DNA of 59,515 nucleotides, counting the filler. It is 5 parts of 5 records of this genome, joined end to end, with 100 filler letters (N's around TTAATTAATTAA, not from the genome) between each part and the next. Parts side by side here need not be neighbours in the genome. Positions count along the whole stretch, not along the records: positions 48,895 to 59,515 come from SRR31156797_5206; 4 more parts are not named here. One strand, written 5' to 3'. The position numbers were made by a program, and so were the translations under genes. Position 1 is the stretch's first letter. Every line of letters begins with the position of its first letter. The notes below the pieces were generated by a model. It was not told the DNA's origin. It saw only the letters and a program-made list of their open reading frames with translations, and did not search any database. Positions 55,656 through 59,515 of this stretch are shown piece by piece.

Positions 55656-57809
55656 ATGAAATATAAATGGCTAGTAGTTTCATGTATAGGGATTGTAGTC
55701 TTTCAAGTACTTATTTATACTACTAATATCACTACCCGTATTAATTGGTTAGTATATGATTATTTTGTACAATACACTTCTAAAGAAAATCTTCAAAAAA
55801 CTCAGCATATTGCAATAGTAGAGATAGATGAAAAAAGTCTAAAACTTGTTGGTCAATGGCCTTGGCCAAGGGTTATGACAGCTCAACTTTTAAAAAAAAT
55901 AGCTGAATATAAACCCCAAAGTATTACCATGGATGTGTTATTTGTAGAGAGTGATAGAACATCTTTAACACAAATTAAAAATTTTTATTTGAATTTTTTT
56001 AATGTGGATATTGGAATCAGTGGGCTACCTGAGGTATTTTTAGATAATGATGCAATTTTAGCAGATGCTATTTCAAGAACAAATACTATTTTACCAATCT
56101 ACTTAACCTATCATAATGATCCAAATAAGCAATGTGAAGTGTCAAAATTAAAATTTAATACACAAAATAAAATCGATGGTTTTAATAGATACCAAGGAGT
56201 AGTCTGTAGTTTACCACAGCTTGAGAAAAGTAGTATTTATAAAGGGTTTATGAACTCCTATTTAGATTCGGATGGAAGATATAGAAGAGTACCTTTGATC
56301 GTTGATTATAATGGAAGTTTTATTCCATCTCTTTCTTTAAGTCCATTGGTCAAATCATTTCCTCATATTACTCTAGAACCAGCAAAGCTATTTTTAGGTG
56401 ATTATGTTTTACAGATACTTGATAAAAAAGTAGTTTTAGATAGTAATGCAAATGTTCTTTTAAATTTTTATCCAAGAGAGTCGTATACATCAGTATCTGC
56501 CTTTGATCTTTTAAGTGGAAATGTTGATCCCAACCTTCTTCTTGGTAAACATATTTTTGTAGGAACTACAGCAGAAGGTATTCAAAATCTTTATAATGTT
56601 GCTGAAGACAAAAAACTTCCAGGTATCCATACCCATGCAACATTTATTGAAAACTTTTTTAATAATGAGCTTAGAATAGAACCATCTTCTATGAAAATAC
56701 TCATGCTAATAGTAAGTATTATTTTATCTCTTAGTATGTTACTTTTATTGTTTTCAAGTAAGTTCCTATACGCAATTGTCACATTTTTATTTTCATTTAT
56801 TGCTATTTTCTTTGTGGCGTATATTTTGATGAGTTATGGTGTTTATATTTCATTTGGATATTTTTTATTCCCTTACATAAGTACATTTATACTTTTAATC
56901 TTTTTATATACGATTATAAATTTTGTAGAGCAAAAAAACTTTTATAAAAACTTAAGTAATATGTTAGAGAAAAAAGTAAAAGAGCGGACACAAGATTTAA
57001 AAGAAGCAAAAGAGAGAGTGGAACTCCTTCATCAAGAGACACAAGATTCGATAAATTTTGCTTTATTTATCCAAAAGGCTATCTTACCTGATGAAGCACT
57101 TTTTAAAAAGTACTTCCAAGAATATTTTGTTTTATGGCAACCTAGAGATACCATTGGTGGAGATATCTATTTTTTAGAAGAGCTGAAAAAAGATGAAGAG
57201 GTTGTTTTATTTGTGATAGATTGTACGAGTCATGGAGTTCCTGGTGCTTTGGTTACTATTTTAGTAAAAGCAGTTGAGCAGCAGATCGTTGCTGAATTGT
57301 TAAAACATCCGCAGAAGATAGATCCCTCGTATATTTTACAAGAATTTAATAAAAATGTGAAAAAGCTTTTAAATCAGTATGATAAAGATTCTGTCTCAGA
57401 TGTGGGGTTTGATGGTGGAATTGTGTGCTATAATAAAAAAAGCGGAAGAGTTTTATATGCAGGTGCAAACACAACCTTATATACAATACAAGAGGATAAA
57501 GTGAAAACTTATAAAGGGGATCGTCACCCAATAGGCTATATACGATCAAATCCAGAGTTTATTTTTAAAGTATTTGAACTTGATAGTAAAACTGTTGAGT
57601 CTTTATATTTAAGTACCGATGGATATTTAGATCAAAAAGGTGGTGAGAAAGGGTTTCCTTTAGGGAGAAAACATTTTACAAGTTTTGTTGAGTCTAATTA
57701 TTCAAAACCTTTTGATGAGCAGTATACCTCTTTTTCACAAATGATCAAAGATTATAAAGGTGATCATGAAAATACGGATGATATGACCCTGGTTGGACTA
57801 AAGTTTTAA
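55656..57809 (+). CDS. CHASE2 domain sensor with SpoIIE/PP2C phosphatase output (SiaA-like)
   Basis: IVEIDEKSL..VGQWPWPR, D.DG..RRVPL, PGIHTHA, 3 TMs, PRDTIGGDIY, IDCTSHGVPGA, TDGYLDQ.GG, DDMT. Confidence 0.92.
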   Translation: MKYKWLVVSCIGIVVFQVLIYTTNITTRINWLVYDYFVQYTSKENLQKTQHIAIVEIDEKSLKLVGQWPWPRVMTAQLLKKIAEYKPQSITMDVLFVESDRTSLTQIKNFYLNFFNVDIGISGLPEVFLDNDAILADAISRTNTILPIYLTYHNDPNKQCEVSKLKFNTQNKIDGFNRYQGVVCSLPQLEKSSIYKGFMNSYLDSDGRYRRVPLIVDYNGSFIPSLSLSPLVKSFPHITLEPAKLFLGDYVLQILDKKVVLDSNANVLLNFYPRESYTSVSAFDLLSGNVDPNLLLGKHIFVGTTAEGIQNLYNVAEDKKLPGIHTHATFIENFFNNELRIEPSSMKILMLIVSIILSLSMLLLLFSSKFLYAIVTFLFSFIAIFFVAYILMSYGVYISFGYFLFPYISTFILLIFLYTIINFVEQKNFYKNLSNMLEKKVKERTQDLKEAKERVELLHQETQDSINFALFIQKAILPDEALFKKYFQEYFVLWQPRDTIGGDIYFLEELKKDEEVVLFVIDCTSHGVPGALVTILVKAVEQQIVAELLKHPQKIDPSYILQEFNKNVKKLLNQYDKDSVSDVGFDGGIVCYNKKSGRVLYAGANTTLYTIQEDKVKTYKGDRHPIGYIRSNPEFIFKVFELDSKTVESLYLSTDGYLDQKGGEKGFPLGRKHFTSFVESNYSKPFDEQYTSFSQMIKDYKGDHENTDDMTLVGLKF

Positions 57810-57830
57810 TATAGAAAAAGGAGAAAAAGT

Positions 57831-58262
57831 ATGAAAAAATGTTATTTACTTGGATTGTTATTAATAATTCAAACAAGTGTATTTGCTGAAAATGCAGCTA
57901 TAGTAAAGAGTGTTTCAGGGGAAGCTAACTTGATTAGACAAGGTAAAGAGAGTACTATTAAGATCGCTGATGGTTTATTATCAGGAGATGTGATAAAAAC
58001 AAATCAAAAAAGTAATATAGGGATCCTTTTTCATGATGGTACAGCATTATCTGTAGGACCAAAAAGTTATATATCTATTGATAAATATATGTTTAAACCA
58101 GCACAATCAAAGTATGACTTACAACTCAATATGAAAAAAGGAACAGCAAGTTTTGAATCTGGGAAGATCGCTAAAATAGCACCAGAATCAGTAAAGTTTA
58201 GAGTCCCAGATGGTGTTATTGGTGTAAGAGGTACCAAGTTTTATGTTGAGGTGAAGGAGTAG
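57831..58262 (+). CDS. Exported FecR domain protein
   Basis: Signal peptide, GDVIKT, F.DGT.LSVGPKS, IGVRGTKF. Confidence 0.9.
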   Translation: MKKCYLLGLLLIIQTSVFAENAAIVKSVSGEANLIRQGKESTIKIADGLLSGDVIKTNQKSNIGILFHDGTALSVGPKSYISIDKYMFKPAQSKYDLQLNMKKGTASFESGKIAKIAPESVKFRVPDGVIGVRGTKFYVEVKE

Positions 58263-58264
58263 TT

Positions 58265-58870
58265 ATGGAGTTAATCAGTGCAATATGGCTTGTGGTTATC
58301 TTAGTAGGAGCATCTATTTATGATAAACCTAAAACAACAGTTGTTTTAGGAGATACAGGAGAGAAGAAAAGTGCCGTTGTGATCCAATCTAAAGATGGAG
58401 AAGTTGTTTTAGATAAACCTTATCAAGTAGCATCTGTAGGTGGTGATAAACCTAAGATTGAAAAATCTCTCTCTAAAGATGAAGTACAAGTAAGGTTTAA
58501 GTATGTTGAGGAGGCTCTTCCTGAAAAACCTGTACAAATATTACTCTATTTTAAAACTGGAGGCTCAGAACTTACTGAAGAGTCTAAAGAAAAATTACCA
58601 CAGATTATCGAAGCGATCAACAAAAGAGTCCCTTGTGATGTAAATATTATTGGACATGCTGATCGTCAGGGTTCTGATGAGGTGAATATAAAGATATCAT
58701 TACAAAGAGCACAAGTGATCAATAAATGGTTAGTAAAAGAGAAAGAGAAACAAAATATTTTGATCAATTCCATAAATGTAGAATCATATGGTGAAAATGA
58801 TCCTCTTATAAAAACAGAAGATGGTGTAGCTGAAGCTAAAAATAGAAGAGTAGAGGTTATGGTAAGATAA
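58265..58870 (+). CDS. OmpA family protein
   Basis: LYFKTG...LT, IGHADRQGS..N..ISLQRA, SYGE..P, NRRVEV. Confidence 0.92.
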   Translation: MELISAIWLVVILVGASIYDKPKTTVVLGDTGEKKSAVVIQSKDGEVVLDKPYQVASVGGDKPKIEKSLSKDEVQVRFKYVEEALPEKPVQILLYFKTGGSELTEESKEKLPQIIEAINKRVPCDVNIIGHADRQGSDEVNIKISLQRAQVINKWLVKEKEKQNILINSINVESYGENDPLIKTEDGVAEAKNRRVEVMVR

Positions 58871-58872
58871 TA

Positions 58873-59515
58873 TTATCTTACCATAAATCGAAGCCAAAAA
58901 TACCCAAATAGTCCAGCAAACAATGAAGCACTCAAAATCCCTACTTTTGCTTGAAAGATAAGTTCAGGATTATTGATAAAAGCAAGATCAGCTACAAAAA
59001 TAGACATAGTAAATCCGATTCCACCTAAAAATGCCACACCAAAGATTTGACTTATACTACTATTTGATGGAAGCTTTGCAAGACCTGTTTTTATTGCTAT
59101 CCATGAGACTCCAAAGATCCCAAGAACTTTTCCAAAGATAAGTCCAAAGATAATACCTAAAGAGACTGGCTCCATAATAGTATCTCCTATTGAGCTAAAA
59201 TCTATACTAATTCCTGCATTAGCAAAAGCAAAAAGAGGGATCACTATCAATGCAACGGGAAGGTCTAGCTCATGTTCTAATCTTGAAGCAGGAGTTCCCA
59301 CTTCATCTATTCTATCTTTGATATTTAAAAGGATCGCTTTTTGTTTCTCATGCATAACATGATCTGTAGTGACTGGGTATTTTACATATTGATCTAAAAG
59401 ACCTTTTGTCTCTTCAGCAAAAGTAACGGGAGTTCGTTTGGGTTTTGAGGGAATAGTTAAAGCTGCAATAACCCCAGCAATTGTTGCATGAACTCCAGAT
59501 TCAAGCATAAAAAAC
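58873..59515 (-). CDS. nhaA: Na+/H+ antiporter NhaA, C-terminal part (start lies outside the window)
   Basis: SGVHATIAGV, PLFAFANAG, GLIFGKVLGI, GIGFTMSIF, AKVGIL. Confidence 0.95.
   Translation of the reverse strand, partial: FFMLESGVHATIAGVIAALTIPSKPKRTPVTFAEETKGLLDQYVKYPVTTDHVMHEKQKAILLNIKDRIDEVGTPASRLEHELDLPVALIVIPLFAFANAGISIDFSSIGDTIMEPVSLGIIFGLIFGKVLGIFGVSWIAIKTGLAKLPSNSSISQIFGVAFLGGIGFTMSIFVADLAFINNPELIFQAKVGILSASLFAGLFGYFWLRFMVR

Overview
This window is not one locus. It is five contigs joined by artificial 100-bp linkers (44 N + TTAATTAATTAA + 44 N) at 15818-15917, 31904-32003, 41726-41825 and 48795-48894. Taxonomic labels are inferred from gene content. (1) 1-15817, Desulfobacterales-like: tdh-kbl threonine catabolism, a divergent cysteine-synthase-family enzyme with an amino acid symporter and divergent AraC regulator, then an AT-rich signalling cluster (3 histidine kinases, 4 response regulators, 1 kinase pseudogene). 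(2) 15918-31903, Campylobacterota (Arcobacteraceae-like): pheS/HIT/aat, a complete 13-subunit Mrp-Mbx/MBS-type (membrane-bound sulfane reductase-like) operon with a FadL/TodX-type outer-membrane channel gene inserted between the membrane and catalytic subunits, then tsaD, an MNT-HEPN toxin-antitoxin pair, dxr and cdsA. (3) 32004-41725, Bacteroidales: a tRNA 3' end with two degenerate copies, a PorE-like OmpA protein, a T9SS-secreted OB-fold/PLD protein, an orphan ParA with a STAS-like partner, an LRR protein, yaaA, purN, rnhA. (4) 41826-48794, Bacteroidales: ThDP enzyme, Pif1-HRDC helicase, beta-propeller sensor kinase. (5) 48895-59515, Campylobacterota: flagellin start, cytochrome c, MOMP, pyrG, atypical IscU-like protein, an unannotated Ibs/Sib-like type I toxin locus under a long RNA hairpin, an SPL-like radical SAM protein, a SiaC/CHASE2-PP2C/FecR/OmpA module and nhaA. 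The best candidate for a new system is the diderm MBS-like complex with its own outer-membrane channel; second is the Ibs-like locus. All family assignments come from reading motifs by eye; no searches were run.
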